Below are positions 1-12,691 of a stretch of 64,000 bases of DNA, piece after piece. Origin of the DNA: Octopus vulgaris (taxonomy: Eukaryota). Position 1 is the stretch's first letter. Each line of letters begins with the position of its first letter. The stretch spans positions 6,820,001 to 6,884,000 of the forward strand of contig OX597821.1 in NCBI GenBank assembly GCA_951406725.2, written 5' to 3'. Both the position numbers and the translations under genes were made by a program. The notes under the pieces were generated by a model. It worked only from the letters and a program-made list of their open reading frames with translations. It was not told the origin of the DNA and made no database searches.

Positions 1-159
1 ATCCCGGAGGAATTACAAGAGATAAGAAGCCCATTGAAGCCCATTGTGCTACTTTGCTTAACATAAACACAATTAATCCATTACTCACGCTTCATTTGTT
101 TTAACATTAACGAAACAACTTTAGTTCCCTTGTCTATTGCGGAGGCGTGTAGAAGACAA

Positions 160-441
160 CATGTGACGAAACGGTGGTGCGGTGGTGGTGGTGGTGGCGA
201 TGGTAGTGGTGGTGGAGTCGATGACGGTGATGGCAGTAGTGTTTGTGGTTGCCGTCGTGATGATGGTGATGGTGGTGATGTTTTGGTGATGGTGATTACG
301 GTAAAGTGGTGGTGGTGGTGGAGGTGGTGAGATTGATGGTGGTGATGGTGGTTTTGGTTTTAGTAATGGAAGTATTTGATTATGGTGGTTGTGGTGGTCG
401 TCGGAGCAGTGGTAGTGGTGGTGGTGGTGGTGGTGGTGGTA
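160..441. repeat. degenerate (GGT)n low-complexity tract
   Basis: Runs of ggt/gat triplets; explains the His/Pro/Thr-rich ORFs 121-450. Confidence 0.9.
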
Positions 442-464
442 CGGGGCCATTCGATCATATTAAG

Positions 465-825
465 TTTGACTGGTATTGATCTTATCGACACAGAAAGGAT
501 GAAAGGTAAAGTCGACCTCGTCAGAAATTGAAGTTAGGAAGTATAGATCGATGGACTGCCGCGAAGCATTTTGTCCGGCGCGGTGACGATTCTGCCAGCT
601 CACCACCCTAAGAAACTAAATAAGGACTTCAAATTTTATCACAAGGCCAGCAATTTGTGGGGAGTGGGTAAGTCGATTACATTAACTCCAGTACTCAACT
701 GGTACTTATTTTATCGACTCCGAAGGATGAAAGGCAAAGTCGACCTCGGCAGAATTTGAACTCAGAATGTAAAAACAGACAAAATATCGGTAAACGTGCT
801 AACGATTCTGCCAGTTGGCCACCTT
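465..825 (-). mobile_element. two adjacent copies of SINE family B (core gtcgactttgcctttcatcc)
   Basis: Reverse complement of the motif gagttcaaattccgccgaggtcgactttgcctttcatcc...gtcgataaa..agtaccag, seen at 8895-8950 and 28310-28380; B-box-like gagttcaaattc. Confidence 0.8.
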
Positions 826-915
826 TAAGAAACTAAATGATCCTTACATTATTTACATTTGACGGATATTTGTCCTCATCTTGTTTGTTGTTAACACACC
901 GTTTCGGCTGATATT

Positions 916-1467
916 GTGGTGTTGATGGTGCTGGTGGTGGTGGTGGTGGTGGTGGTACCTGGCTTCGATCATATTAAGTATTTTTCGACTGTTGTTATTA
1001 TTGATCTAATATCGACACAGAATAGGATGAAAGGTAATAATCGACCTCGTCAATAATAATGAAGTAATAGATAAGTAATAGATCGATGGACTGCCGCGAA
1101 GCATTTTGTCCGGCGCGGTGACGATTCTGCCAGCTTCACCACCCTACAGAAATAAGATAAGGACTTCAAATTTTATCAGACAAGGCCAGCAATTTGTGGG
1201 ACTGGGTCCCAAGTCGATTACATTAAACGTATCTCAGTACTCAACTGGTACTTATTTATCGACTCCGAAGATGAAAGGTCAAAGTCGACCTCGGCAGAAT
1301 TTGAACTCAGAATGTAAAAACAGACAAAATATCGCTCAAACGTGCTAACGATTCTGCCAGTTGGCCACCTTTAAGAAACTAAATAATTTACATTATTTAT
1401 ATTCAACGGATATTTGTCCTCATCTTGTTTGTTGTTAACACACCGTTTCGGCTGATATACTCTCCAG
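916..1467. repeat. imperfect tandem duplicate of about 400-915
   Basis: Same order of GGT tract, SINE B, SINE B and HHR-element tail, with many small indels. Confidence 0.85.
1387..1467 (-). mobile_element. 3' half of the HHR-bearing element family seen at 46522-46715
   Basis: Reverse complement matches 46588-46670 (ctggag.gtatatcagccgaaacg.tgtgttaacaacaaacaagatgaggacaaatatccg); a second copy lies at 844-914. Confidence 0.85.
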
Positions 1468-1479
1468 ATTGTTATACTT

Positions 1480-1500
1480 ATAATAATAATAATAATAATA

Positions 1501-1585
<85 letters not shown>

Positions 1586-1599
1586 TATTATTATTATTA

Positions 1600-1663
<64 letters not shown>
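1480..1663. repeat. (TAA)n switching to (TTA)n microsatellite
   Basis: Direct reading; orientation flips near 1584. Confidence 0.95.
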
Positions 1664-1665
<2 letters not shown>

Positions 1666-1666
<1 letters not shown>

Positions 1667-1723
1667 GGAATCGAACTCGGAATCTTGGAGTTAGTATCCC
1701 GCGCTCTTAACCACAACGCCATA
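1666..1723 (-). mobile_element. tRNA-derived SINE head (Pol III A/B boxes)
   Basis: Minus strand reads tggcgttgtggttaagagcgcggg...gagttcgattcca; A-box-like TGGCGTTGTGG and B-box-like GAGTTCGATTCC; no acceptor-stem closure. Confidence 0.7.
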
Positions 1724-2103
1724 AGCCTTTTCTACTAAAGGCATAAACCCTGAAGTTTGTGGGGAGGGGGCTAGTCGGTTACATTACCCTATATCCCATT
1801 TTCTTTAACTTATAGTCAGAAGAAAAGTGTCCCTGGCTCTTTACAGTCTCCATAACTGTCGGGAATAGAAAGAGAATGTATCCTTATACTGAAGAACAGG
1901 CCTGAATGATCGAAAGACAGTGGGGTCCTCTAAAGGCATTCCATGTGCCAAGTTAGTGGTATTGAATCAGACAATGGACTAAATCTATCGCCTAAGCAGT
2001 CCATTGCAAGATTTCAACTCAGAAATGCAAAGAACCGGGGAAAATACCGGAAGGAATCCGATCCGACGTTCTTACAATTCCGTCAGTCCACCACCCTATA
2101 TAT

Positions 2104-2235
2104 GAACCCTGAAAAGATGAAAGGCAAAGTTGATCCCAGTGGATTTTGAACTCGGGGCACAGAGATACTGAAAAAGTACCGTGAAGCATTCTTTCCGACG
2201 CTCCAATTCGGACAATTTGCTGCCAATTGCCTCTT
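2104..2235 (-). mobile_element. decayed SINE family B fragment
   Basis: gatgaaaggcaaagttgatcc...tttgaactc matches family B. Confidence 0.65.
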
Positions 2236-2479
2236 GTCTGATAAAAGAAACTCAAATTAGTTAAGATGCATATCAGTCTTATAGAAAGAGAAGGCTCAGA
2301 AATAAAGGGTTTGTAGCCAAGACAGAAATGGTTTGTAGTTAAGATAACGGCTGAAATCCTTATGCCTTATTTGATGATGTAATTCCAAATAACTATCATT
2401 TATAGCTAGATCACACATCTCGTAAGAGGGTGCCTCATTGCAAAATCTATTGGTGGATCCCCCCCCTCTCTCTCTCTCT

Positions 2480-2634
2480 CAATAGCGTAGCTAGTGGTGG
2501 AACGAAGTGACCAGTCCACCATAGGCGTTACCTTTATGGGACTGTATAAACTTGTATAGGCTTGTGGGTCTTGAGAGTTTGGGGCAAAAACTCAGGGGCT
2601 AACTCAGGCGGCACACAATCTAGCTATGCAACTG
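2480..2634. mobile_element. short MITE with imperfect terminal inverted repeats
   Basis: caatagcgtagctag ... ctagctatgcaactg; related ends at 32430-32586. Confidence 0.5.
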
Positions 2635-2869
2635 CTCTCACACCCCTTCTCTCCCGGTGTGTTTATATGTGTGTGCATGCTTGTACGCGTGTGGTTCTTG
2701 TTCATTCAACTTGGGTGAGCTACAGGTTAGCTCTTCCACAACGAATATCAGACTGTCATACTGGAGACATGGAATTGGCAGAGCCGCAGTTGTGTCCCAG
2801 AAAATATGCACTATCTTGTCTTCCAATATCATCAGCTTACACACAAAAATCTGACTCTACAATAACCAA

Positions 2870-3255
2870 CTTCTACTAAAAGCTTTCTATGTTACTGAGA
2901 TATGGAAGAATGGACATAAAGTTAGATGTCTTCTATCAAAGGTGCTTCAGAAGGATTCCGAGAACGTACTGGCAAGACCACGTAACCAATGAAGAAGTTC
3001 TAAAGACAGCTGACACAAGAACACTTACCGAAATCATCACGGAACGAAGATTGAAACTAGCGGGTCATACACTTCGGGTGCCAAAACAACGCCCATTCTA
3101 AAACAGCTTTCAAATGGATACCATCAGAGGGGAAAAGAAAGAGGAGGCCGACAAGTACATGGTGCATTCATAAATGACGAGAAAGGCTAATAGTGTATGG
3201 GCGGATGTAGAGAAAACTGCAGCCAACAGAAACCAATGGTGTCAACTTGGGAGAT
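2870..3255 (+). mobile_element. RTE-clade LINE fragment (region C-terminal to the RT domain)
   Basis: ORF 2889-3101 LDVFYQRCFRRI..YWQDHVTNEEVLK...ERRLKLAGHTLR, then W.P.GKRKR.RP..TW in a shifted frame; typical RTE ORF C-terminus. Confidence 0.85.
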
Positions 3256-3419
3256 GGCTGAGGGTGTTTGTGGGGAGGACACACACAACGAACGACGGTG
3301 TAATTGGGGCAGAACTTTAGGGTATTCTGTATAATCTTGTAGTGCGGTTGGGTGACAAGTTCAAGGGCTGCCACAGGTGGCACACAGTTTAGCTATGCCA
3401 TTATTTAAAAGAGATGTGT

Positions 3420-3824
3420 TTTTTAATTTGTTACGTGTTTCAGTCATTGAGCTGCGGCCATACTGGGGCTACCACCTTAAAGGTTTTTAGTCGAAAAAAT
3501 CGACACCAGTTCTTACATCTAAAGCCTGGAACTTATTCTATCGTTCTCCTTTTTCGAACCGTTAAGCTACGGGTGGCATAAATAAACCAATTCCAGCTCT
3601 CAAGGAGTTGGAGAGGAACAACACACACATACACACATTCACACACATATACACACACACTGACACACACACGCACTTCCATACAACGTTTACCAAATCA
3701 TTCATAAGGCTTTGATCAGTTCGAGAAATTAGTGGAAGACATTTGTCCAAGGAACCGCCCGTGCAGTGAGACTGAAACCCGAAACCACCTGGTTGCAAAG
3801 CGACCTTCTTAACCACACAGCCAC
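3420..3824 (-). mobile_element. diverged SINE family A copy
   Basis: tttcagtcatt..ctgcggcca tail, internal (CA)n, head ..aaccacacagccac. Confidence 0.8.
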
Positions 3825-3834
3825 ATTTTCACCT

Positions 3835-4033
3835 ATATATTGTATGTATATATGTATGTATGTACATACGAATGTATGAACGTATGCACATACGTATGTA
3901 TGTACGTATCTACGTATATAAATATGTATCTACGTATCTACGTATATATGTACATATGTACGTACGTATGTATGTATGTATATATATGTATATATATGTA
4001 TGTATTTATATGTATGTATATATGTATGTATGT
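3835..4033. repeat. degenerate (TATG)n/(TA)n tract
   Basis: Direct reading. Confidence 0.9.
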
Positions 4034-4428
4034 TCTTTAAGAAAAAATTTAAAGGCTTAGTAACAGAAGGAAGTCCAGCGCCCAAGGCGAGTTTCATGTC
4101 ATCAGAGAATGATGGTAAGAAAACAGGAAGCCATCCTCAGACGAGAGATCAAACCAAATTCTTGCAACAGACTCAACGTCACGTCAGATCTACTTAAGAA
4201 TTACATGAAGTTTTGTTGTGTCTAGAGAGAGACATTACGCCAATAAACGAACTCGCTTGTTTTTTTCATTTGTATTCACGAATTCACATAGAGACTCTTT
4301 CAAATCAAATACAAAAACGAATTTACGTAAAGGATACACAAGTATGTTGTCCAGATGATCGAACAAGTGGACGAAAATAGATCGAAATTTACACGAAAGC
4401 CAGATCAATTGGTAGAGGTTTCGTCATT

Positions 4429-4463
<35 letters not shown>

Positions 4464-4702
4464 CCTCTCTCTCTCTCTTTTCCTCTCTCTCTCTCATGCA
4501 GAAATTACGATGGCGTGTGGCAGTAAGTTATCCTCAAAGCCTGGTCAAATTGTTGCAACGCTAAAGGAATCGAAGGTTTAAGGCAGTGGTGTTAGACTAG
4601 TAGATGGATGAACTCCACTACCCAATACCAGGAATGATCCCTTTGTTCTGCCGCGCTTTTATCGGGTTTCCGTCAACTAAATTTTGTTCATAAGGTTTAA
4701 AT

Positions 4703-5003
4703 CAGGGTTTCTTAACCGTTTTTTTTTTTATCTAAGGACCCCTTTGATTACTATTTTATTCTGGTGGAGACCATCACCATTTGATGTTTGAAAACTAATT
4801 CTATAGAAACTTCTTTCAAAATTCCTATATTGTTTATCACACATACGGAAAGAAACCAACACACATACATCTAAAGCAAATTGTTTTTCAGGGCCCTTAA
4901 AATACTATTGTGGATCCCTAATTTACTATTTTCTTGTGTGGACTCCCAAAACTCTTATATATGGACCTTCAAGGGTCATATGGACCCCGGTTGAGAACCA
5001 CTG
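4703..5003. mobile_element. hAT-type (Charlie-like) MITE with 8-bp target-site duplication
   Basis: Ends cagggtttcttaacc / ggttgagaaccactg; identical flanks GTTTAAAT at 4695-4702 and 5004-5011; inserted within a decayed family A SINE. Confidence 0.85.
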
Positions 5004-5280
5004 GTTTAAATTAACCGGGCTAAGATATATAACGCTTGACCAAGATGCTGTGCAGTAGGATCGAACTAAAGATCACGGATTTGAAAATTGGACTTATTTA
5101 TCATATACACCCATAAACCGAACGCATGTTCTAAAACGTGTGCGTGCGAGAGCGGGAGTGTACGAAAAACGAAAGCGTTAAATACAAGTTTGTAATGAGT
5201 GTATATATATGTATGTGGCTGCATGATGACTTATGTATAATAAATGTATGTGTATACGTATTGAGAAATATGTTTTAATG

Positions 5281-5640
<360 letters not shown>

Positions 5641-6428
5641 AAAACACCATAATATATATGAATTCATGTACAAATGCATTTATGTGCCCTTATATTTGGT
5701 ATTAAGAAAAACATGAATACAGGTTCGTATATATATCTATATATATACGTGTGTGTGTGTGTAATATATATATATATATATTGCGAGAGACAGAGACAGA
5801 TAGACAAACAGACAGACCGACAGACCTGGAACGAGAGGTAAAGGCTCACAAATATATCTACCTGTAATAATATCATAAAAGCAAACTTCACCTTTCTACT
5901 CGTTTACATATGTCCTCTGTCACCAACAGTTCACCAGTAACTCGGAGTAACAGCTCTGTACAACTCTCCTAACGGGAAATGAATGACAGCGACCTCTAGT
6001 CTGGTAACAGTGTACACACAAATACACACATACAGTCCAAGTGTCACTAACAGCCACTTACTTTTACTAAATAAACTCTATCGTTCGCTTCCTACTGAAC
6101 AAATAACACAGCAAGAGACAGAGAGTGATTGTAAACATAAACGATTTCATTGGTTGATTTTCCCATTCGTCGTTCTTGTCGTTCATTTTGTATTTATGTA
6201 TTTATTTTTATCTCAATTTGTTCTTATTTGTTTCTTTTCATGTATATATTTCCCTTTTATGTTTTTATGTTTTTCGTATTTTATTTTATTGAACCATCAG
6301 GGTGTCTGACATAAGGCAATTTTACTATATTTACTTGCGGTCCTTTACCTTCTGGGTTCAAATCTCACCAAAGTCGATTTAACATTTCGTTCCTTCGGGG
6401 TTATTTTAATAGACTGAAGCCTCGTTCA

Positions 6429-6487
<59 letters not shown>

Positions 6488-6489
<2 letters not shown>

Positions 6490-7042
6490 GCCCTAATGCA
6501 GTACCAGGCAGTGGGTCTCATGGGCTTCTGATCTTAACTGATTGGAAGTGTTATCATGTACATTGTTTTGTCTTGGTATAAAAGATGGGCTACAGCAAAT
6601 ATTCTGCTCAATACCACAGATTTGCTTGTCAGTTATTTGACCTTAACCAGTTGAGCATGTCCCTAAGTGGCTTACGATATGTGCCTCTCTGATCACGAGT
6701 AGAAGTAGTGGGGGAGCATCATAGCCGTGTGTTGAGAGGGATTCTTAGAGTTTTGGATAATTCACCTTTAGAAACAGGTGGTTCGTTCAACATCCTTAAA
6801 CAACCCTTCTTCAGGGACCTTTTGAGCGGGATGGGTTACTTGACCAGAAGAAAATTCTAACTAGGCCCCACCTCAAGGGCATGCGCTGTTTATCTTGATA
6901 TGAGATCACCATGTCGCGCACATATGGTTGTGATGCATGTGCCTGGTGTACCCTTATCAGACGGGTAGTCACGATGGGTATACTGGGATTCGTATATTTG
7001 TACCTCAGTGTTACTTTGATGGCATGCACTGTTCTCTCACTC
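6488..7042. mobile_element. non-coding element of about 555 bp embedded in a (TAA)n tract
   Basis: Higher-GC block with sharp ends, preceded by (TAA)n 6429-6487 and followed by aataataa; no long ORF. Confidence 0.55.
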
Positions 7043-7639
7043 AATAATAAAGTTTTGGTATCAAAACTTTCGTTGCACCAATTGCAACTTGTTCCCTGAC
7101 AAAGTTCAGCTGCATCTAGTTTGGGTGAAGTTGTTGTTAGTACATACACAGCTTTCAGAATTATAAAAAATATTTTTATCTATGTAGGTTAGTTGTTCTG
7201 ATTGTCCTTGTCTGGTGCTAGTTGTTGGTATGTTAGCGTGGTATTTCGTTGTAATTCACAAGCCTTCTCTTTACATTTCTATGTTAACATTTTATAGTTC
7301 GATTATAGTTCGTGCTTCTCTCTGATCCTCTAGGTATGTGTGTGGAAATGACATTACGATTTTCATGTTTTGTTAAAGACGCTAATGGCACACGTGAAGT
7401 GAATGGTGTGATTGGTTTTAACTGTGAATAGAATATGGCCAACAATCGATTACTCTGTTACGACTCTCGTCAATAACTATAACAGTATTAAAAGTAACAA
7501 CAATAACAATACTGGTTTCTAAATTTCGTAACAGATATTTTGTTCCAAATATGTTGTGGGTGAGTTTTGTTCATTGGATTCAGATCAGTTCATAATTAAT
7601 ACATGTAAACTTTGGAGGCCTCGGTGTCGACTTCGGTGG

Positions 7640-7860
7640 ATTATCTTCCTTAAGGCCTTTCGCTCTCTGTGGAGCATAGTCATCAACGATTTTTTCCTCC
7701 ACTGACCTCGACTATGGATTGTCTTTCTTGCTTCTTTCTAGTTGGACCCTTGTTTCTTGCAGCTTGCTTTCAGCTTTTGCAGCGCCATGTTATATGCTTT
7801 CTCTCTTCGTCGTTATTGGTTTTGAATTCTCATCGATACTTCCATAACATTGCTTTCTTT
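7640..7860 (-). mobile_element. decayed RTE-like LINE 3' end
   Basis: Minus strand ..cagtggagg...gttgatgactatgctccacagagagcgaaaggccttaag resembles RTE 3' termini. Confidence 0.45.
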
Positions 7861-8215
7861 TAAGGTCAGTCGCTGTGTATGCGAATAAAAACCCGAAATT
7901 AGGGGAATGGAGTAGATAAACCTATCTTTTGGCGATAGGTTTAGCTTCATGTATTTCCCATTCCCATGTCTTCCACACAACGTTCACAAAATTCAGAACA
8001 AACAGTAATATGTAAAGGTAAAACCCAAGGATCAAGCAACCCTCAGCTGCTCACTGTAAACTATAAAATAACTCTTATCAGCTTATCGAACTTCGATATG
8101 TGAAAATTTAAAACCTTCTAGGTCAACAAACCTGGAGGCTGCTTTTCATACCGTCTATAGACTGCTCGAAGATTACTAACTTCCTACACTTTGATCCTCG
8201 GATGGATCTAGCCTT

Positions 8216-8290
<75 letters not shown>

Positions 8291-8292
<2 letters not shown>

Positions 8293-8417
8293 GCACAGGC
8301 GTGGCTGTGTGGTAAGAACTTTGCTTCTCAGCTACATGGTTTCGGATTCAGTCCCATTGTGGGGCATGCTGGAAAAATGTCTTCTGCTATTTCCTCGGAC
8401 CAACCGAAAGCATTGTC

Positions 8418-8464
<47 letters not shown>

Positions 8465-8575
8465 TTCTCCACCACTGCTGGACAACCGGTGTTGGTTTAT
8501 GTACTTCTCCGTATCTTAACGGTTCGGCAAAAGAGACCGATATCAGTTCCAGACTTAAGAAAATAAGTACTGGGG
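8291..8575 (+). mobile_element. SINE family A, partial
   Basis: ggcacaggcgtggctgtgtggtaag head, internal (TG)n, cggttcggcaaaagagaccgat body. Confidence 0.85.
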
Positions 8576-8823
8576 CGGGGGGGTCAACGCGATGTCCCAG
8601 CATTGCCTATCTTTTATCCTTTACCTGTTTCGGTCATTATCCCGAGACCATGCTGGGGCACTACGGTCTCTCTCTATATATATATTTAACTACATTCTGC
8701 ATGATGCGTTTAACTCTGACGTAATACTCTCCATCTTCTGCTCTTCTGCGCTCCTCTCGTGCCTTCATTTTCCTTCCTACTGAAAGGATAAAGCAATTGT
8801 CTTTTCAGTCTTTTTCTTGCATT

Positions 8824-9197
8824 TGGCGGTGAACTGGCAGAAACGTTAGCACGCCGGGCGAACTGCGTAGCCGTATTTCGTCTGCCGTTACGTTCTGAGT
8901 TCAAATTCCGCCAAGGTCGACTTTGCCTTTCATCCTTTCGGAGTCGATAAATTACGTAATCGACTTAATCCGTTTGTCTGTCCTTGTTTGTCCCCTCTGT
9001 GTTTAGCCCCTGTGGATAGTAAAGAAATAGGTATTACGTTTGCCTTTATGTTCTGAGTTCAAATTCCACCGAGGTTGACTTTGTTTTTCATTCTTTCGGG
9101 GTCTATAAATTAAATACCATTTGCGTACTGGGTTCGATCTAATCGACTGGTCCCCTCCCGCCAAATGTCGGGCCTTGTGCTTAGAGTAGAAAAGATT
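8824..9197 (+). mobile_element. two tandem SINE family B copies
   Basis: ggcggtgaactggcagaaacgttagc head; gagttcaaattccgcc..gtcgactttgcctttcatcc core, repeated at 9050-9197. Confidence 0.85.
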
Positions 9198-9904
9198 CTT
9201 CTTGCATTGACTGATTTGAAAGGACAACTCACTGATTTGATTACGACAATATGTCGTAACTTAAAGTGATGCACATATAGACATTAACAGATTAAAACAA
9301 ACATATACACACACGCAAACACGCGCGCGCAAATATAAACAAACACATCACTGCATGCACCGATACATACAGCTGTATAAGTTCACGTATATAGTGAAAG
9401 CAAAAGACCACAAAACAGGTCTTCATATAAAACGTATTACTTATTGTGTGAGCATTGATATAGGTGAGAATGCGCGTGTGTGTGTGTCTGTTTGTATGCG
9501 TAAGTATATATAAATATAAAACAACATATATACTCTCACAGATATACACAAGCGCGTACACACATACACACACATATATATATATAAACGATACATTTGA
9601 CAAATCCGATAAAAAGTACATAAAATATAGTATAGGCCATAATTATAATTATGTGATTTTCCGTCGTGACCACTCGAAATATGAATCCAGTTTATATGGT
9701 GAGCTCTCGCATTGTAACCAGATGAGGGTTCCGTATTTCCTTTCTGAACAACATGTACAGATGATTTGTTTATTACGACCGAAATGTATGTGCTGTGCAT
9801 CATCTCACTCCCTCCAACAAATCGGCAATGCCTGTAGAGGGGCACGGTGTGTCACGGGTCATATGTCGAAGACATCGCAGAGCAACGTGGAAGGAAGTGT
9901 TTTT

Positions 9905-9997
9905 GCTTAAGAAAAAAAGACCTTACAACCGCAATGTCTGGGAATCGAAATCACGATCTAGCGGTCGTGAGTGCAAAGCTCTTACCACTAGGTCACA
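9905..9997 (-). mobile_element. decayed tRNA-derived SINE head
   Basis: tctgggaatcgaaatcacgatc...cttaccacta, similar to 39232-39290. Confidence 0.55.
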
Positions 9998-10156
9998 GTA
10001 TATATATATATATGTTCGAAGGTTATAATGGACACAGTTTGTGTGTCAAATAGCTATCTTAAGGCGATGGCCTCGTGGAGCTAATCAGCGACAGCTTTTA
10101 GTCTTATATCTATAAGACTGCCATATTAATATGGCGATAACAATTAATTTCCAGTA

Positions 10157-10188
<32 letters not shown>

Positions 10189-10589
10189 GGGGAAATATAT
10201 GTGTGTATATATATGCGTATATATGGGGGAAATATATGTGTGTAGGTGCGTATATATATGCATATATATATACTGTATGCATGTTTATGTGACGATATAT
10301 ACTTATGCACAAATGTATGTGTGTATATTTAGAAGTAGAAGCGTTCATCTTGTGTGTACCTGCATTAATTTTATCGATATTTCTGCTGCTCAATGTTTCT
10401 ACTAAACACCTTTGCAACAGTAAACGAACGTGCACGCACGCACATGGACGCACACACATACGCGCGCGCACGCAAACACATACACACACACACACAAACA
10501 TTCACATACATGGACGCCCAAATACGCCGTATATTCACATTTAAAAGCGCTGACTATCCGTCAGATTGCATCCATGTATGTTTGTGTAT

Positions 10590-10809
10590 ACATGCAATAC
10601 ATACATACACACACACACATATATATGCATGCATACCTAAATATATACACACACACATATATATATATATACATATGTCTATATATATATATATACGTAT
10701 ATATGTATATATGTGTATATATAGGTATATATATATGTATATATATGTATATATGTATCTATATGTATATATATATTTACATGTATATATATATAAACAT
10801 ATATATATA

Positions 10810-10854
<45 letters not shown>

Positions 10855-10982
10855 TATATATGTATATATATGCACATACATATACATATGTATATATATA
10901 TATACATACGTATATATATATATACATACGTATATATATATATACACATATATATGTATATTTACATACATATATGTGTATG

Positions 10983-11033
<51 letters not shown>

Positions 11034-11046
11034 ATATATATGTATG

Positions 11047-11080
<34 letters not shown>

Positions 11081-11097
11081 TGTATGTATGTATGTAT
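10590..11097. repeat. long degenerate (TA)n/(TATG)n tract
   Basis: Direct reading; source of the YIYI ORFs. Confidence 0.95.
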
Positions 11098-11556
11098 TGG
11101 TATTATTAAGTAGTTATAAAATGTATGTAGTGTATGTAGAAAGCAGATTGGGGAGAAACCCCTAAATAATCTAACCCCTCCCATCTCTAGCGCCATGTCA
11201 CTTCCCACCACCCCTTCCCTTGAGAAAACATACAGTCGTGTAAGACTAAAGCAGGATTTGTTTCTACATGTCTGGTTGGCAGAACTGTGAGGGTCACAAC
11301 ACTGGGGCTGATACCATTTTCTTAATTGCCAACTACTGTTTCTCTCTCACATACACACACACACACACCCGCGTATGGCATACCCAAACATACGCATACC
11401 CAAACATACATGCACACACATAAACACACTCACACACACGCACACGCACACAGACACATGCCCATTCACTTACAAGCGGTCATATACACGCATACACATG
11501 CATACTTATATAAGCAAGCATATATAAATGTTCGTGTCTGTATATATATATATATA

Positions 11557-12046
11557 CTAGCAGTATCGCCCGGCGTTGCTCGGGTTTGTAAGGGAAATAA
11601 CTATATAAGCATTTTTAGAGAGTTACTTCCCTTATAAATTCGGGCTTTCTTAGCCATTTTTGTTTTGGTGTCTTCAAGCCATGAAGTCGTTGTTCTAAAA
11701 GAACGCTGGTTTCCTTCACAACGCATTACGACGTTGATTTCTTTACACTCCCTTCCCCACAGCGTCACGAGGGAGGGAAGGGGGAGAAGCAAACAGGTGC
11801 AGCTGTGAGCGTGGACGCCAACTCCGCCGCCATCGACATACGATGCATTTTATGCATTAAAATGGAATAAAAAATGATGTTAAATTATTTTTAAAATCGT
11901 AGACTCCTCGTTGACGCGCGCTAATAGTCAGACGGGCTCGATATGAATCACGACTATAAGATACCCGAATTTGGTTAAACTGCACCGCAAAATGTGGGAG
12001 GAGTTAGGAATGTAAATCGAAGGGGACAGACACTCACACAACTAGA

Positions 12047-12058
<12 letters not shown>
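11557..12058 (-). mobile_element. non-autonomous Helitron
   Basis: Minus-strand 3' end cccgagcaacgccgggcgatactgCTAG|t (subterminal hairpin plus CTAG); both ends homologous to 23750-24146; 5' end merges into (TA)n. Confidence 0.75.
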
Positions 12059-12099
<41 letters not shown>

Positions 12100-12133
12100 C
12101 ATATATGTATGTATGTGTGTGTGTCTATGTATG

Positions 12134-12167
<34 letters not shown>

Positions 12168-12297
12168 TAAGCAAATATACATAATATGTGTATATATAAA
12201 GATGTCTAAATATATATATGTGGGTGTGTGTTATAGATATATATCTATATATCTATACGTATGTCTATCTATCTATCTATCTATCTATCAATCTATT

Positions 12298-12351
<54 letters not shown>

Positions 12352-12370
12352 CCAAAATGTACGTACACCG

Positions 12371-12419
<49 letters not shown>

Positions 12420-12426
<7 letters not shown>

Positions 12427-12592
12427 GAGTAAACACATAAATGTGAAACAAGGTGGAAAAAAGAGTACTCAAATACCAGAGGCTAGAGTAATATGCTTTA
12501 TTTAAAGCAGCAGAAACTGTCCGATGAACGGCAACGTGAAACTCAGAGTAACAGGTTTTACTGAATTTTCTGCTGCTTTAAATAAAGTATAT
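12420..12592. mobile_element. fold-back HHR element in (TA)n, same family as 22801-23036
   Basis: Inverted arms 12491-12516 / 12567-12592; 12421-12491 is the reverse complement of 22964-23034. Confidence 0.8.
12517..12554 (+). ncRNA. type I hammerhead ribozyme motif, U4C core variant
   Basis: ctgt CCGATGA acg-gcaa-cgt GAAA ctcagag TA acag: stem I ctgt/acag, stem II with GNRA loop, near-palindromic stem III, GUA site. Confidence 0.65.
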
Positions 12593-12598
12593 ATATAT

Positions 12599-12687
<89 letters not shown>

Positions 12688-12691
<4 letters not shown>

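Noticed and set aside
1885-1935. CTGAAGA...GAAA motif
   Set aside because: No consistent helices or UH triplet.
4085-4110. Minus-strand CTGATGA-cat-GAAA hammerhead-like word
   Set aside because: No stem II, and no stem III/UH/stem I pairing.
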